A stretch of DNA of 64,000 bases from an uncultured Planctomycetota bacterium (GCA_900318195.1 ONJR01000162.1:35051-99050); one strand, 5' to 3'; positions 38,835 through 49,204 are shown, counted from the stretch's first letter. Notes: generated by a model not told the origin, from the sequence alone. Made by a program: numbers and translations.

Positions 38835-40211
38835 ATGGAGAAAGTCTTTCATTACATCGAAGAGAATAAGGACGCCTTTCTGAAAGAATGGTTTGAAGTC
38901 CTGCGCATTCCAAGCGTCAGCGCCGTCAAAGAACATAAAAGCGATATGATCAAAACGGGCGAATGGGCGCGCGACTTCCTGCAAGAGAAACTCGGTATGT
39001 CGGCGCGACTCATTCCAACAGCCGGAAACCCGCTCGTCTACGGTGAAAGTCCCAAGATACCCGGCGCGCCAACCGTTCTGCTCTATGGACACTACGACGT
39101 ACAACCGGAAGATCCAATCAGCGAATGGCGCACGCCGCCTTTCGAACCGACAATTCTGGACGGCAAAGTCTACTGTCGCGGCGCGAACGACGACAAAGGG
39201 CAATGGTGCGCACAATTGTGCGGGATGCAAACGTATCTCAACGCGATCGGTTCGTTTCCACTTCAAGTCAAGGTTCTTCTCGAAGGCGAAGAAGAAGTCG
39301 GAAGCGGTTCGCTTTCCTCGTTCCTCGATTCAAATGAAAATTGTGAACTTCTCGCTTGCGACGCGCTTCTCGTCAGCGACACCTCCGCCGCAGGTCCGAG
39401 CCTTCCCGCGATCACCTACGGACTGCGCGGAGTTATGAGTTTCGAGCTTAAGCTTCACGGACCCAATCGTGATCTACACTCGGGCGTCTACGGTGGTTCA
39501 GTATACAATCCAGCCATTGCGTTATCGAAAATAATCGCCGCAATGATTGACGAAAACGGCAAAATACAAATTCCAGGATTCTACGACGACGTAGAACCCC
39601 TTTCTGAACTCGAACGAAAAGCTTTTGCCGCCAATCCGTTCGATCCTGAAAAAAACAAAGAGCAGATTGGAATCGATGCGGAATTCGGCGAGCCGGAATT
39701 CACCACGCTTGAACGTCGCGGAGGACGACCGTCTTTCGACGTTAACGGTTTGACAAGCGGTTATCAAGGTGAAGGCGGCAAGACGATCATTCCAGCCTGG
39801 GCGTCGGCGAAATTTACTTTCCGCACCGTCCCCAATATGGAACCCCTAAAGATTAAGGCGCAAGCGGAAGCCTACATTAAATCGCTTATTCCTCCGGGTA
39901 TTACTATGGAATTGACGTATTCTCAGGGTTCCGGAGGTATGGTAGCGCCTCTTGACGGCAAGTTCATCCAAGCGGCTAGCGCGGTTCTTGAGCAGGTGTA
40001 CGGAGTCAAGCCTCTTTATGTTCGGGACGGTGGTTCAATTCCAATCGTTGCGAAGTTGCGCGATCGTTTAAACGCCGAAGCAACGCTTGTCGGGTTCGGC
40101 TTGGACGACGATGGAATTCACTCGCCCAACGAGAAATTCAATCTCGACTCTTTCTTTAACGCCGTCAAGACGAGCGCTCTGCTCTGGGACGCCTTTGCAA
40201 ATGCAAAATAA
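38835..40211 (+). CDS. M20-family metallopeptidase (dipeptidase/deacylase)
   Basis: LRIPSVSA, LLYGHYDVQP, RGANDDKGQ, LLEGEEEVGS, and GLDDDGIHSPNE motifs. Length is 458 aa. Confidence 0.85.
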   Translation: MEKVFHYIEENKDAFLKEWFEVLRIPSVSAVKEHKSDMIKTGEWARDFLQEKLGMSARLIPTAGNPLVYGESPKIPGAPTVLLYGHYDVQPEDPISEWRTPPFEPTILDGKVYCRGANDDKGQWCAQLCGMQTYLNAIGSFPLQVKVLLEGEEEVGSGSLSSFLDSNENCELLACDALLVSDTSAAGPSLPAITYGLRGVMSFELKLHGPNRDLHSGVYGGSVYNPAIALSKIIAAMIDENGKIQIPGFYDDVEPLSELERKAFAANPFDPEKNKEQIGIDAEFGEPEFTTLERRGGRPSFDVNGLTSGYQGEGGKTIIPAWASAKFTFRTVPNMEPLKIKAQAEAYIKSLIPPGITMELTYSQGSGGMVAPLDGKFIQAASAVLEQVYGVKPLYVRDGGSIPIVAKLRDRLNAEATLVGFGLDDDGIHSPNEKFNLDSFFNAVKTSALLWDAFANAK

Positions 40212-40336
40212 CTCGATTCAGGCGTAGTCGACGCTCTCCTTGATCTCATGACGCTCGCTGTTACTACTATTCAACGGCGAGCGTCGCTTCACCTCAATGA
40301 GAGAGTAAAATCCCCCTGTCACATTCTCACTTCACC

Positions 40337-41311
40337 ATGCGCTTTCCTTTTCCTCCACCAGCCTTACTGTGTACGCCTCATTCAGTAAAAGAAGCAACCG
40401 AAATCCTCGCATACGGAGGTCTTCTTTTTCCAACTTCGGTATTGGAAGCAATACTCTGGGGAATTTTTCCTTGGACGTTAGGCTGTCGTGTTCCTCCAAA
40501 GAATATCGAATTCTTTCACAACGTAGCGCCGCTCATCTCTGACTGCGAGGAGGGTTGCCTTATTCAGGAGTACGAAATTCCATCTCCCCAAGCTGACGCT
40601 CAACGGTGTATCGTAGAACTTTTAGATTCGGTATGCGACGCGACCGAACAGATTGCAAAAGGAGTCTACAACGCCCAATTACCAAAGCGCATTTATCAAT
40701 CCCTCGACGCACAATATAGAAACGCCGCATGGGGCGACATATGCTACAATGAATTGCCTACGCTTGCCCAGAACGGCGAAATATTAGCGTGGTACTCGCC
40801 AACGAAGCGAGGCGTCATGGAACTAACGAACGTTCATGTCCCTCGACGACTCCAACGCGATATTCGTAGCGACCGATACAAGGTTACCTTCGATCATGCG
40901 TTCGCGGAAGTCATGCTAGCCTGCGCGTCATGTAATGGACGACTGAAATCAGGGACATGGATAACACAAGAATTCTACGCTACCTATTGCAAATTGCACG
41001 AACTAGGAGTCGCTCACAGCGCTGAATGTTGGCGATTCGACACGCAGTCCAACAAGGAAACGCTTATTGGCGGAGTCTATGGTTTAGCAGTCAACGGTTT
41101 TTTTGAAGGCGAGTCAATGTTCAGCGCCGAAAGCAACGGGTCGAAAATCGCGCTCTTTTCATTATTATCGCGGTTGGAGCAACACGGCTTCAAACTCTTC
41201 GACCTTCAAGTTCTCAACGACCATACCAGGAGTCTTGGCGGAGTTGAAATTGATCGCAACGAGTACCTTCACCGACTCGAAGACGCGCTTCTAACGCCAG
41301 CAACTTTCTGA
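40337..41311 (+). CDS. aat: Leucyl/phenylalanyl-tRNA--protein transferase with a roughly 100-aa insertion
   Basis: GIFPW, GTWITQEFYATYCKLHELGVAHSAECW, GGVYGLAVNGFFEGESMFS, and LFDLQVLNDHTRSLGG are collinear with E. coli Aat. Confidence 0.85.
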   Translation: MRFPFPPPALLCTPHSVKEATEILAYGGLLFPTSVLEAILWGIFPWTLGCRVPPKNIEFFHNVAPLISDCEEGCLIQEYEIPSPQADAQRCIVELLDSVCDATEQIAKGVYNAQLPKRIYQSLDAQYRNAAWGDICYNELPTLAQNGEILAWYSPTKRGVMELTNVHVPRRLQRDIRSDRYKVTFDHAFAEVMLACASCNGRLKSGTWITQEFYATYCKLHELGVAHSAECWRFDTQSNKETLIGGVYGLAVNGFFEGESMFSAESNGSKIALFSLLSRLEQHGFKLFDLQVLNDHTRSLGGVEIDRNEYLHRLEDALLTPATF

Positions 41312-41314
41312 CGC

Positions 41315-42193
41315 CTACGCATCTTTCTTAGAACCGCTCGTATCTGGCGACGGTTCGTGCGGCGCTATCTGCTCTTCGTTCTGAGGAGAAGCCGTCGTCT
41401 CTTTCCTCCTCTTGTCAGAGAGTAAGGTCGGGATAGCGGGAAAAGTCAGTGTGAACTGAGTTCCACGCCCAAGATCGCTTTGAATGGCGATACGACCGCC
41501 GTGTCCCTCGACAACCTTCCGCACGGTAGGCAGTCCCAATCCAGAGCCTCCCGGCTTAGTCGAAAAGAACGGTTCGAAAATCTTGCGCATTGTGTCGTCC
41601 TGCATACCGCATCCGGAATCGATAAGGTCAATCGCCACTTCGCCGCCGCAGGGACGTGTGCGCACTAAGATTTCACCGTTTGCTGCGCGTACGTCCTCGT
41701 CGTCTTTGACTTTATTCTGAATCGCTTGAAGAGCATTCAAGAGCAGGTTAAAAATAGCGCGGTCAAATGATCGTTTGTCGATCCTAATTGTAGGAAGATC
41801 GTTGGAGTAGAATTCTTGAAGCTCAACATTCTCAGCCTCTGCCTGGGGGCGAAAGAAGGAAACGATCTGTTTAAGCTCTTGATTCGCGTCGACAGGGGTC
41901 AGTTCCAATCTATGCGCGCGTGTGAAATTCAAAAACTCATTGAGCAAATCTTCTAGGCGTAAAGTTTCACGCTCAACAGTAGCAATTCTGGCTAAAACGC
42001 GTCGTCGCTGTGGAGAATCGTCGAGATCCTCGACGTCTTCCTTAAGAAGCGCCATATTAAGTCGGATTGTCGACAGCGGGTTTTTGACTTCATGAGCCAA
42101 TCCTCCAGCTAGTTGGGCAATTTCCGTATATTGCTCTTGCAAACGCCTGTTGAGCTCGTTCGGTGTAAAATCCTTGACTCCTGACACATTCAT
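41315..42193 (-). CDS. Soluble histidine kinase (HisKA + HATPase_c only, no sensor domain)
   Basis: H-box LAHEVKNPLSTI, N-box NLLLNALQA, G1 DSGCGM, and G2 GGSGLGL. Only about 25 residues precede the H-box. Confidence 0.85.
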   Translation of the reverse strand: MNVSGVKDFTPNELNRRLQEQYTEIAQLAGGLAHEVKNPLSTIRLNMALLKEDVEDLDDSPQRRRVLARIATVERETLRLEDLLNEFLNFTRAHRLELTPVDANQELKQIVSFFRPQAEAENVELQEFYSNDLPTIRIDKRSFDRAIFNLLLNALQAIQNKVKDDEDVRAANGEILVRTRPCGGEVAIDLIDSGCGMQDDTMRKIFEPFFSTKPGGSGLGLPTVRKVVEGHGGRIAIQSDLGRGTQFTLTFPAIPTLLSDKRRKETTASPQNEEQIAPHEPSPDTSGSKKDA

Positions 42194-42236
42194 ATCAATT
42201 CCTTCTCACCCAAGTTCATTAACCGAACAAATACGA

Positions 42237-45200
42237 TTACTCTTGCATTCTATTAACGGCGTATCTAACTTGACTGATAAAATCCTCGAAGCTAATTAGA
42301 TCCGTAGGGAATGGCAACGCGTCAAAAAATTGTTCCTTAGGCTCGCGTTGTCGCCGTTCTTCTTTAGCGTCGACGCGCGCAATCACAACCTCGTCTTGCA
42401 GTTCATTAAGCCATTCAGGCAATTCCCAACCTGCGCCGTTGTGCAATTTTGCCAGTCTCTCAACCATTTGGTCGAACTTTCGGAACGTCTCGTTGTCTTC
42501 GCCCTTCGTTCTAACCTCAGAAATAACGTCGAAAACCATCCCACAGATCTGCGCGATCTCCAAGGGGCGCACAAATCGTTCCGAAAGTCGTTCAAAAACG
42601 CTTTTGAGCCACATTCCATACTGACTCTGCAAACGGCTAAAATCCTCAAGATTCTTTTCAGCGTTCCTTGAACTTTGAGTCTGAACCTCGCGGCTCCATA
42701 ATTCTGCCGCGTCAATACGCCCAGCTCGGATTAACGCGTCGTGAACCCAATAGAGTGGTTTCAAGTTCCAGGACACTCGCTCGTATCTCGCAAGCAATCG
42801 CAAGAAGTCGAGTAGCATATATAGCTTCGACCCATGATCCGACTGAATCGTCGAACTATTGTAATCGACGTATTCGGAATACTGCTCCGCAACACATTCA
42901 AGAATTAACTCGAGCGCCGCAGAGGCGGATTTCATATCGATCTTGCCTGAAAGAAGCGCGTCAACCAGTTTTTCACCGTTTTCTAACTCTTCTTCATTAC
43001 GTCTCATTTCCATGAGCGACGTCAAAAACGCGGAAGCTCCCTGATGGAGTATCGCGCGTAAATTGCGAAAGTTCAAAAACTGCTGAGTAAAAAGATCCTC
43101 GCCATAGGTTACGATAAAGTTCTTAACAAACCCCCAATCCCGTTCTGACTTGAGACTCTCAACCGACGAGACCCTAATACTACCGCTATGCGCAAGCCAA
43201 GGCTTCAGAATGACGTCGACAAGACGATTCAGCGAGTTTATTAGAGCTCTATCTTTCGTAAACCCACGACTGCCGTCGATAATCCACGCCTCGGATGTTT
43301 CAGCGAGCGCTTCCGTCATACTACGTAACGCGGCTTCGACAAAACGATCATATTCTGTAATAGAGCCAGGAGCGGAAAGGCGATTTTGCTCCATCTGCTT
43401 AACTCGACTTATGAGTAGCAACGTCTCAGAAAAGAGTCCTAAACGCGGCGCGTACTCCATCAGACGCACGATGATCCGTTGTAGACTACGCGCCTCGGTT
43501 ATCGCACGCGCGTCGCCGCCACGACCCGTCGGAATATACAATAACGTTTCCGTTCGAAAGCTATCGAGCATAGAATCCCATAATGCGCGAACGCGCGACG
43601 AATCGCGCCGGAAAATAGCGCTCATAACTTCAAGCGTCCTTCTTTTCCAGGGCTTCTCGTAACTTTCTCCTTGTTCTATTCTCAGCGTTGCGCGGAGCGA
43701 CACAATGGCGTCCTGTACGTCGACGATAGTCCATTCAATACGGTCGAGCAGAATTTCCTTCGCGCCTCGCAACTGATCGTACTCAACAAGCGAGTCTATC
43801 GACCCAACGGGCTTAGGCACGCGGAAACGAACCGTTTGATCGAGTAGTTTATACAGTTTCTTTTCAAAGATGAGCGCCTGATCAAGCCAACTTTCAACGT
43901 CTAAACGCGACGATTTCAACGTTTCATCTGAAAGAGCAACGCCCGTATAATAATTCAGCAAGGGCGATTTCTCTGCCGTCGATTTCCAGAGTTGCGCTAT
44001 TGTGTCAATAAAGGCAAGCCGCTCGCCAATGCGATCAGTCTCTTTAACAAACTCGAGTTGATTTTCGTCGTCGTAGCGCTCGCCAAACCCGGCTCCTCCT
44101 CCTCCCGCTGTGTCGCCTTCGTTACCATCGTCTGCGCTATCGCGATAACTCATGTGCTCGTATGCCGCGCGGAAAACCGAATCGCCACCGGTAATGGTTT
44201 CTTCATCGTCCAGGTCGTCAGATTCAAGTTGCTCGTCTCTCTCGCTGTCAAAGCCCTGTTCATTAGAAAAGGGATCGTCGTCGAAGATATCTGAATCGGG
44301 ATTAGTAACTTGAAAAGTCGTATTGGGCTCTTTCGAGCGGATATTCATTAATCTCCTTATAGTCTCCCTGCCGTCTGAATCTTCAGGCAAATTCAGCTGC
44401 TTGACCATTTCGAGCCATTCTTGCATCGTGGAAAGATCGGACGAATTTTCACGCACACCGTCATTCGCAGTAGAGCTTTCTTCAGCGCCTCCACTGCGTC
44501 GCTTGCGGGCAAGGTAATTGCGAAATTGAGTCTTTTTTCCTTCAGAGAGGCAAGACAGCTCCGTAATGATTTCAAAGAACGCGTCAAAGTTCAGGTACTT
44601 AGGAAAGACGTCAACGTTGTTATAGAAGAACGCCTCGAAGTCCTGCGGCTCGGGGACATTATCGTCGTTAAAAACGCGCGTAGCGTCGCGAAAGGACGCT
44701 TTAACCAAGATGCGCTCGCGCAAATTGGAATGGGGCGCCACGCAACGCGTGTCGAGAATTATTCTGCGCGCTAGCTCGGCAAGCAACGGATTGTCGCCTT
44801 TAAAAATGAGCTCGCGATCGAAATTATCCTTCGACAGCTCAATTTGTGGCACATTCCAGTAGTCGTCGGCATTAGCTTCAATACGGTCAAGAAAACTCTT
44901 TGCCAGCTTCCATCGCCGAAGGTACTCTTCTTCAGACCAATTGTTTTCGATTGCTACGACAACACGCCTCGTGGCGTTTGGCGACGTCGGTTTATTGGAA
45001 TCAGTCCAAACCTCTCGCATCCAGGATTCGGCAAGGGTTGTAAAGGAGTAATCGGCTTCTGTTAGAGGAATCGTCAGTGATTGATTGAGCCAGTAAACGA
45101 GGAGAGAAGAAGCAGAAATCAGATCGTTCTTCTCCAATAAAGCTTCGCCTAGTAGAACAAAAGCCTTCGGCGACTTAAAACGTTCAACGTGCCGACTCCA

Positions 45201-46895
45201 GAATTTAACGTCGCCTACCGCGCCGCCTGTTGCGCTCCAAGCCGCGAGCGCCGTCGAAACTTTGGCCGCAGACTCCCAAACTTCCTGTCCGGAAAAACCT
45301 TCAACAGAAGTTACTTCCGTACTACCATATTGATCCCACCAGCCAGCAAGATTACTCATCTGCTCAGAAAGATCGAGTCGCAAATCACTATTACCGGTCG
45401 CCGCCGCTTCCTTTTGAATACGGCTATACAGATCGAAAATATCGTTAAGCAGGTCGATCAAACCGTCGATTCGATGATCATGTACACCCGAGTCAGGAGA
45501 AGGATAAAGACTGAACTGAGCGTCGAAACCAAGAATGAACCACGGATCGGGAAAAGCGCCGCAGGCAAGACCTCTATGAAGCGTCTCTTCTATTTTCGGT
45601 AGGATAGCCGCCGCTTCCTGCAATTTTCCAGAGTCGGTTTTGAGGTGCGCTTCCGTAATGAGACAGTCGATCCGGGAAAGCAACCTCGCCGACGGAGTTT
45701 CTATAACGTCCGCTTGTAGCTGCGCCGCTTTGAAATATCCCATACGCGCATATGTCCGCGCGAGTGAAAAGCGTTGCAACTGATCGGCGCGTTTGCGGGC
45801 AAGCTCACGATTGAGCGCCTGACGAGCGCCGGCAAATGGCTGGAAGAGTCGCGTCGCTTCAGCTCCAAGACGCGCTTTCAAAGGCTCGGGAACTTTCTTT
45901 ATGAGCGACTCATAGAACTTGTCGCGATACTCTGAAACTCTATTCGCCAATTCATGTAGCGTAACAGTCGAATCATATGCTTGAACGCGACCTCCGCAGA
46001 CGCCGGACGCCATGAGCATCGTACCAGCCAGCACGGCGCCAGCTTCATAGGCATACTCTCGACGTAAGGTTTCATCCTGTTCCGCCCATACTCGCGTCAT
46101 AATAGAATCGAGATTCGACCTCGGCACGACAAATCTTCGGAAGTACCCGTCGTCGTCAACAGACCGATCGTCCCAAGTGCCAAACGCGTAATTTACGCGC
46201 AAATGAACAGGATGGTCAAAATCATACGGACGCGGATCGATTGCTAATTCTCGCAACTTTTCCGGGTCAAATGAGGCGCTGAAGAGAATATCTTCGTCTG
46301 TGTCTCGGATAATCTGGAGCGCGTGCTCAACGACGTCTTGATATATTCCCTGCGCAACCCCCGCTCCTTCGTAGTATAGCGGGACAGGCGCGATCCACTC
46401 GTGCGGATTTGGTTCGTGCTTTTCCTCACCCTCGAGAACGGGAATGGGACGGTATCCAATATAATCATTCAAACGCTCAACGACAGTCTTTGCATCAAGT
46501 TCTCCATAATTATCGTCGTCAATCTTCGCAACAATACAAGAGAGCTTCGCCATGAAAAACGAGTTATATATGAGAGCATTCTTGATATTGAAGAGCGTGT
46601 CGACATGAAATAGCCTATATTCCTCGAGCGTTCCAACCATAACGTCAAGCAGTTTAACACATCGCTTGGAATTTTGGAACGCCGAGTTTTCTCTCTCAAG
46701 GAAGGTCAGCTCAGAACGTAGAGCGTTCAAGACGTCCTGCCATATCTCTTCCGATCCTTTTGCGGCAAAGGACACGAACAACTCGTTCCACGCTCTCAGC
46801 AATTTTACGTCGACACTGCCGGAAGAAAAATTCAGATATCCCAGTATTTCACAGATAAACGAACGATCTTGATCTGTCAAATTATAGCTCGTCAT
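42237..46895 (-). CDS. Giant hypothetical protein (1552 aa, predicted cytoplasmic, mostly helical)
   Basis: Single uninterrupted ORF with no signal peptide or TM segment. I found no Walker A, HExxH or other catalytic signature by eye. An acidic low-complexity segment lies near residue 880. Confidence 0.7.
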   Translation of the reverse strand: MTSYNLTDQDRSFICEILGYLNFSSGSVDVKLLRAWNELFVSFAAKGSEEIWQDVLNALRSELTFLERENSAFQNSKRCVKLLDVMVGTLEEYRLFHVDTLFNIKNALIYNSFFMAKLSCIVAKIDDDNYGELDAKTVVERLNDYIGYRPIPVLEGEEKHEPNPHEWIAPVPLYYEGAGVAQGIYQDVVEHALQIIRDTDEDILFSASFDPEKLRELAIDPRPYDFDHPVHLRVNYAFGTWDDRSVDDDGYFRRFVVPRSNLDSIMTRVWAEQDETLRREYAYEAGAVLAGTMLMASGVCGGRVQAYDSTVTLHELANRVSEYRDKFYESLIKKVPEPLKARLGAEATRLFQPFAGARQALNRELARKRADQLQRFSLARTYARMGYFKAAQLQADVIETPSARLLSRIDCLITEAHLKTDSGKLQEAAAILPKIEETLHRGLACGAFPDPWFILGFDAQFSLYPSPDSGVHDHRIDGLIDLLNDIFDLYSRIQKEAAATGNSDLRLDLSEQMSNLAGWWDQYGSTEVTSVEGFSGQEVWESAAKVSTALAAWSATGGAVGDVKFWSRHVERFKSPKAFVLLGEALLEKNDLISASSLLVYWLNQSLTIPLTEADYSFTTLAESWMREVWTDSNKPTSPNATRRVVVAIENNWSEEEYLRRWKLAKSFLDRIEANADDYWNVPQIELSKDNFDRELIFKGDNPLLAELARRIILDTRCVAPHSNLRERILVKASFRDATRVFNDDNVPEPQDFEAFFYNNVDVFPKYLNFDAFFEIITELSCLSEGKKTQFRNYLARKRRSGGAEESSTANDGVRENSSDLSTMQEWLEMVKQLNLPEDSDGRETIRRLMNIRSKEPNTTFQVTNPDSDIFDDDPFSNEQGFDSERDEQLESDDLDDEETITGGDSVFRAAYEHMSYRDSADDGNEGDTAGGGGAGFGERYDDENQLEFVKETDRIGERLAFIDTIAQLWKSTAEKSPLLNYYTGVALSDETLKSSRLDVESWLDQALIFEKKLYKLLDQTVRFRVPKPVGSIDSLVEYDQLRGAKEILLDRIEWTIVDVQDAIVSLRATLRIEQGESYEKPWKRRTLEVMSAIFRRDSSRVRALWDSMLDSFRTETLLYIPTGRGGDARAITEARSLQRIIVRLMEYAPRLGLFSETLLLISRVKQMEQNRLSAPGSITEYDRFVEAALRSMTEALAETSEAWIIDGSRGFTKDRALINSLNRLVDVILKPWLAHSGSIRVSSVESLKSERDWGFVKNFIVTYGEDLFTQQFLNFRNLRAILHQGASAFLTSLMEMRRNEEELENGEKLVDALLSGKIDMKSASAALELILECVAEQYSEYVDYNSSTIQSDHGSKLYMLLDFLRLLARYERVSWNLKPLYWVHDALIRAGRIDAAELWSREVQTQSSRNAEKNLEDFSRLQSQYGMWLKSVFERLSERFVRPLEIAQICGMVFDVISEVRTKGEDNETFRKFDQMVERLAKLHNGAGWELPEWLNELQDEVVIARVDAKEERRQREPKEQFFDALPFPTDLISFEDFISQVRYAVNRMQE

Positions 46896-47144
46896 AGTTA
46901 CGTCTTGACTTTCCCCTCTTGCGTCCCAATTCTAACTACATCGTATGAACTCACGCCGCAGTAAGTATGGCGTCTACTCGTGCGCGCCGTCGGTATGCGC
47001 CTCGCTAACACTCCATCGATGACTCCCCTATAATTTATGACTCTTTTCTTTTTCATCCAGGGGGGGGCAAGAAAAAGAGTGTTGAATATCGGTAAAATAG
47101 GCGTTCACTCTGCATGATCAACAGAGAGGTATTCAGACTCTTAG

Positions 47145-47172
47145 TTGCAAACGTTCATTGAAGTGGTAGAAT
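47145..47172 (+). promoter_or_regulatory. Sigma70-like promoter TTGCAA-16-TAGAAT
   Basis: TTGCAA at 47145-47150 and TAGAAT at 47167-47172, about 90 nt upstream of the ATG at 47263. Confidence 0.45.
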
Positions 47173-47262
47173 GTAGAAACTCGTTGTCAGGAACGCCGTG
47201 TGCGGTCGATAAGCTCCCAGAGCGTCCCTAGCGCGAGTGAAATCAGCCATAAGGAGAAGAAT

Positions 47263-48600
47263 ATGCTAAAACGTCATTACACTCGTCGCGAGGTCCTCAA
47301 GCTTACTTCACTAGGGCTTGGCTCTGGAGCGCTTTTATCGTCGTATTTTCCAGCGCCGTCGCTAGGTCAAGCAGGCGGGGTCTTATCTAAGCTCAACATA
47401 GCTCATGTCGGACTCGCACACCAGGGCGAATTCAGCCTCCAAGGATGTTCGACCGAGAACCAAATAGCGCTCTGCGACGTCGATGAAAACTATCTCGCGC
47501 GTGCAAAAGAAAAGCGCCCGAGCGCTAAAACGTACGTCGATTTTCGCGTTATGCTCGACGAAATGGGGGATAAGCTCGACGCAATTGTAGTCGCGACCCC
47601 GGATCATACTCACGCGATCGTCGCTATCTCCGGTATGAAACGCGGTCTACACTGTTATTCAGAGAAACCGCTCGGTCATGATCTATATCAGGTTCGCCAA
47701 ATGCGCAAGACGGCGCTCGAGAAGAACCTGGTAACACAAATGGGAACGCAAATTCACGCGTTAGACAACTATCGACGCGTTGTCGAACTCGTACAAAGCG
47801 GCGCTATCGGTAAAGTTACCGACGTCAAAGTCTGGTGTTCAAATCGCTATCTTGCTAAACCCAAGGCTACTGAACCGGTCAAATGTCCAGACGAGCTTAA
47901 GTGGGATTTATGGCTCGGACCAGCGGCAGACAGACCTTACGATCCACGTTTCGCGCCAGGATCTTGGCGGAGTTTTTGGGACTTCGGCAACGGCGCTATG
48001 GGCGATATGGCGTGTCACTACCTCGACCTACCCTATTGGGCGCTAGGGCTCGACAAGACCGCGCCGATTTCCGTCGAAACAACGTCCCCGAACCCCGTTG
48101 ACGACGAAACGTGTGGATACGACCTTACCGCTAAGTATGTTTTCGCGCCTCTCAAAAGCGGCGACGAACCGCTGACCCTGTCATGGCAGGACGGTCATGC
48201 GCGACCAGAATGTCTTAAGGAACTCGAACTAGACAAATTCGGCGCCGGCGTTCTCTTTTTCGGAACAGACGGCATACTCTTCTCAACCTACCACGAACAT
48301 GCATTGCTACCAAAGGCAAAGTTTGAAGGCTTCACTCCGCCCGAACAGACGATTCCCAAATCGCTCGGTCATCATGCAGAATGGATCGATGCGATTAAAC
48401 GTGGAAGAGGCGCAAGCGAGAACTCGACTACATGCCGATTTGAATACTCTGGCAAGATTGCGGAAACCGTTTTGCTTGGATGCTTCGCGTATCGTTGCGG
48501 GCAAAAGCTCGAGTATGACGCCGAGCAGATGAAGGCGACGAACTGTCCGGAAGCCGAGAAGTACTTCAAGCAGTACTGCCGTCCGGGTTGGGAAGTCTAA
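47263..48600 (+). CDS. Gfo/Idh/MocA-family oxidoreductase with a Tat signal
   Basis: TRREVLKLTSLGLGSGALL twin-arginine leader, plus IVVATPDHTHA and EKPL motifs. AAGGAG RBS precedes the ATG at 47263. Confidence 0.85.
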   Translation: MLKRHYTRREVLKLTSLGLGSGALLSSYFPAPSLGQAGGVLSKLNIAHVGLAHQGEFSLQGCSTENQIALCDVDENYLARAKEKRPSAKTYVDFRVMLDEMGDKLDAIVVATPDHTHAIVAISGMKRGLHCYSEKPLGHDLYQVRQMRKTALEKNLVTQMGTQIHALDNYRRVVELVQSGAIGKVTDVKVWCSNRYLAKPKATEPVKCPDELKWDLWLGPAADRPYDPRFAPGSWRSFWDFGNGAMGDMACHYLDLPYWALGLDKTAPISVETTSPNPVDDETCGYDLTAKYVFAPLKSGDEPLTLSWQDGHARPECLKELELDKFGAGVLFFGTDGILFSTYHEHALLPKAKFEGFTPPEQTIPKSLGHHAEWIDAIKRGRGASENSTTCRFEYSGKIAETVLLGCFAYRCGQKLEYDAEQMKATNCPEAEKYFKQYCRPGWEV

Positions 48601-48633
48601 CTTGATACGCGTCGCAGTGCGATCAAATACATA

Positions 48634-48665
48634 GGAGACGCCCAAGCTAACGTTTGAGCGTCTCC
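48634..48665. terminator. Hairpin terminator between convergent genes
   Basis: GGAGACGC (48634-48641) pairs with GCGTCTCC (48658-48665), between the stops at 48600 (+) and 48697 (-). Confidence 0.5.
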
Positions 48666-48696
48666 CTTATTCTACCTTAGAGGACGGTGGCGACGA

Positions 48697-49176
48697 TTAT
48701 TCGTCATATCGAATCTCAAGGATCTCAAACTTATTGAGACCGGCCGGAACCTTGATTTCAGCTATCTCGTTAACTTTCTTACCAAGAAACCCCTTACCTA
48801 ACGGGCTCGTTACGAGGATTTTCCCCGCCATGAAGTCTTCGTCGCCGGCGCCGACGAGTTTATAGGTGATCGTCTTATTGTCGCGAAGGCGTTTAACAAC
48901 GATAGTCGCGCCGAATCGTATCTCGTCGTGATTGACTTGGGACATATCGACGATCTGCGCGCGCGATGCGCGGCTTTTAAGGTCGGCTATTTTAGCCATG
49001 AGTAGTCCCTGACTTTCCCGTGCGCCATGATATTCTGCATTTTCGCTCAGATCTCCTTCGGCACGCGCAGCCGCGAGTCTTTCGAGAATAGGCGGTAACT
49101 CTTCTTTTTCAAGTCTATCGATTTCATCCTTCAAGCGGTTGTACGCTTCACGAGTCATAGGAATCGCGTCGCTCAT
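48697..49176 (-). CDS. greA: Transcription elongation factor GreA
   Basis: MTREAYNRLKDEIDRLE, ARAEGDLSENAEYHGARE, and the C-terminal VTSPLGKGFLGKKVNE. Length is 159 aa. Confidence 0.95.
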   Translation of the reverse strand: MSDAIPMTREAYNRLKDEIDRLEKEELPPILERLAAARAEGDLSENAEYHGARESQGLLMAKIADLKSRASRAQIVDMSQVNHDEIRFGATIVVKRLRDNKTITYKLVGAGDEDFMAGKILVTSPLGKGFLGKKVNEIAEIKVPAGLNKFEILEIRYDE

Positions 49177-49204
49177 TTCTCCGGATCCTTTCTCCTAACA
49201 GCGC

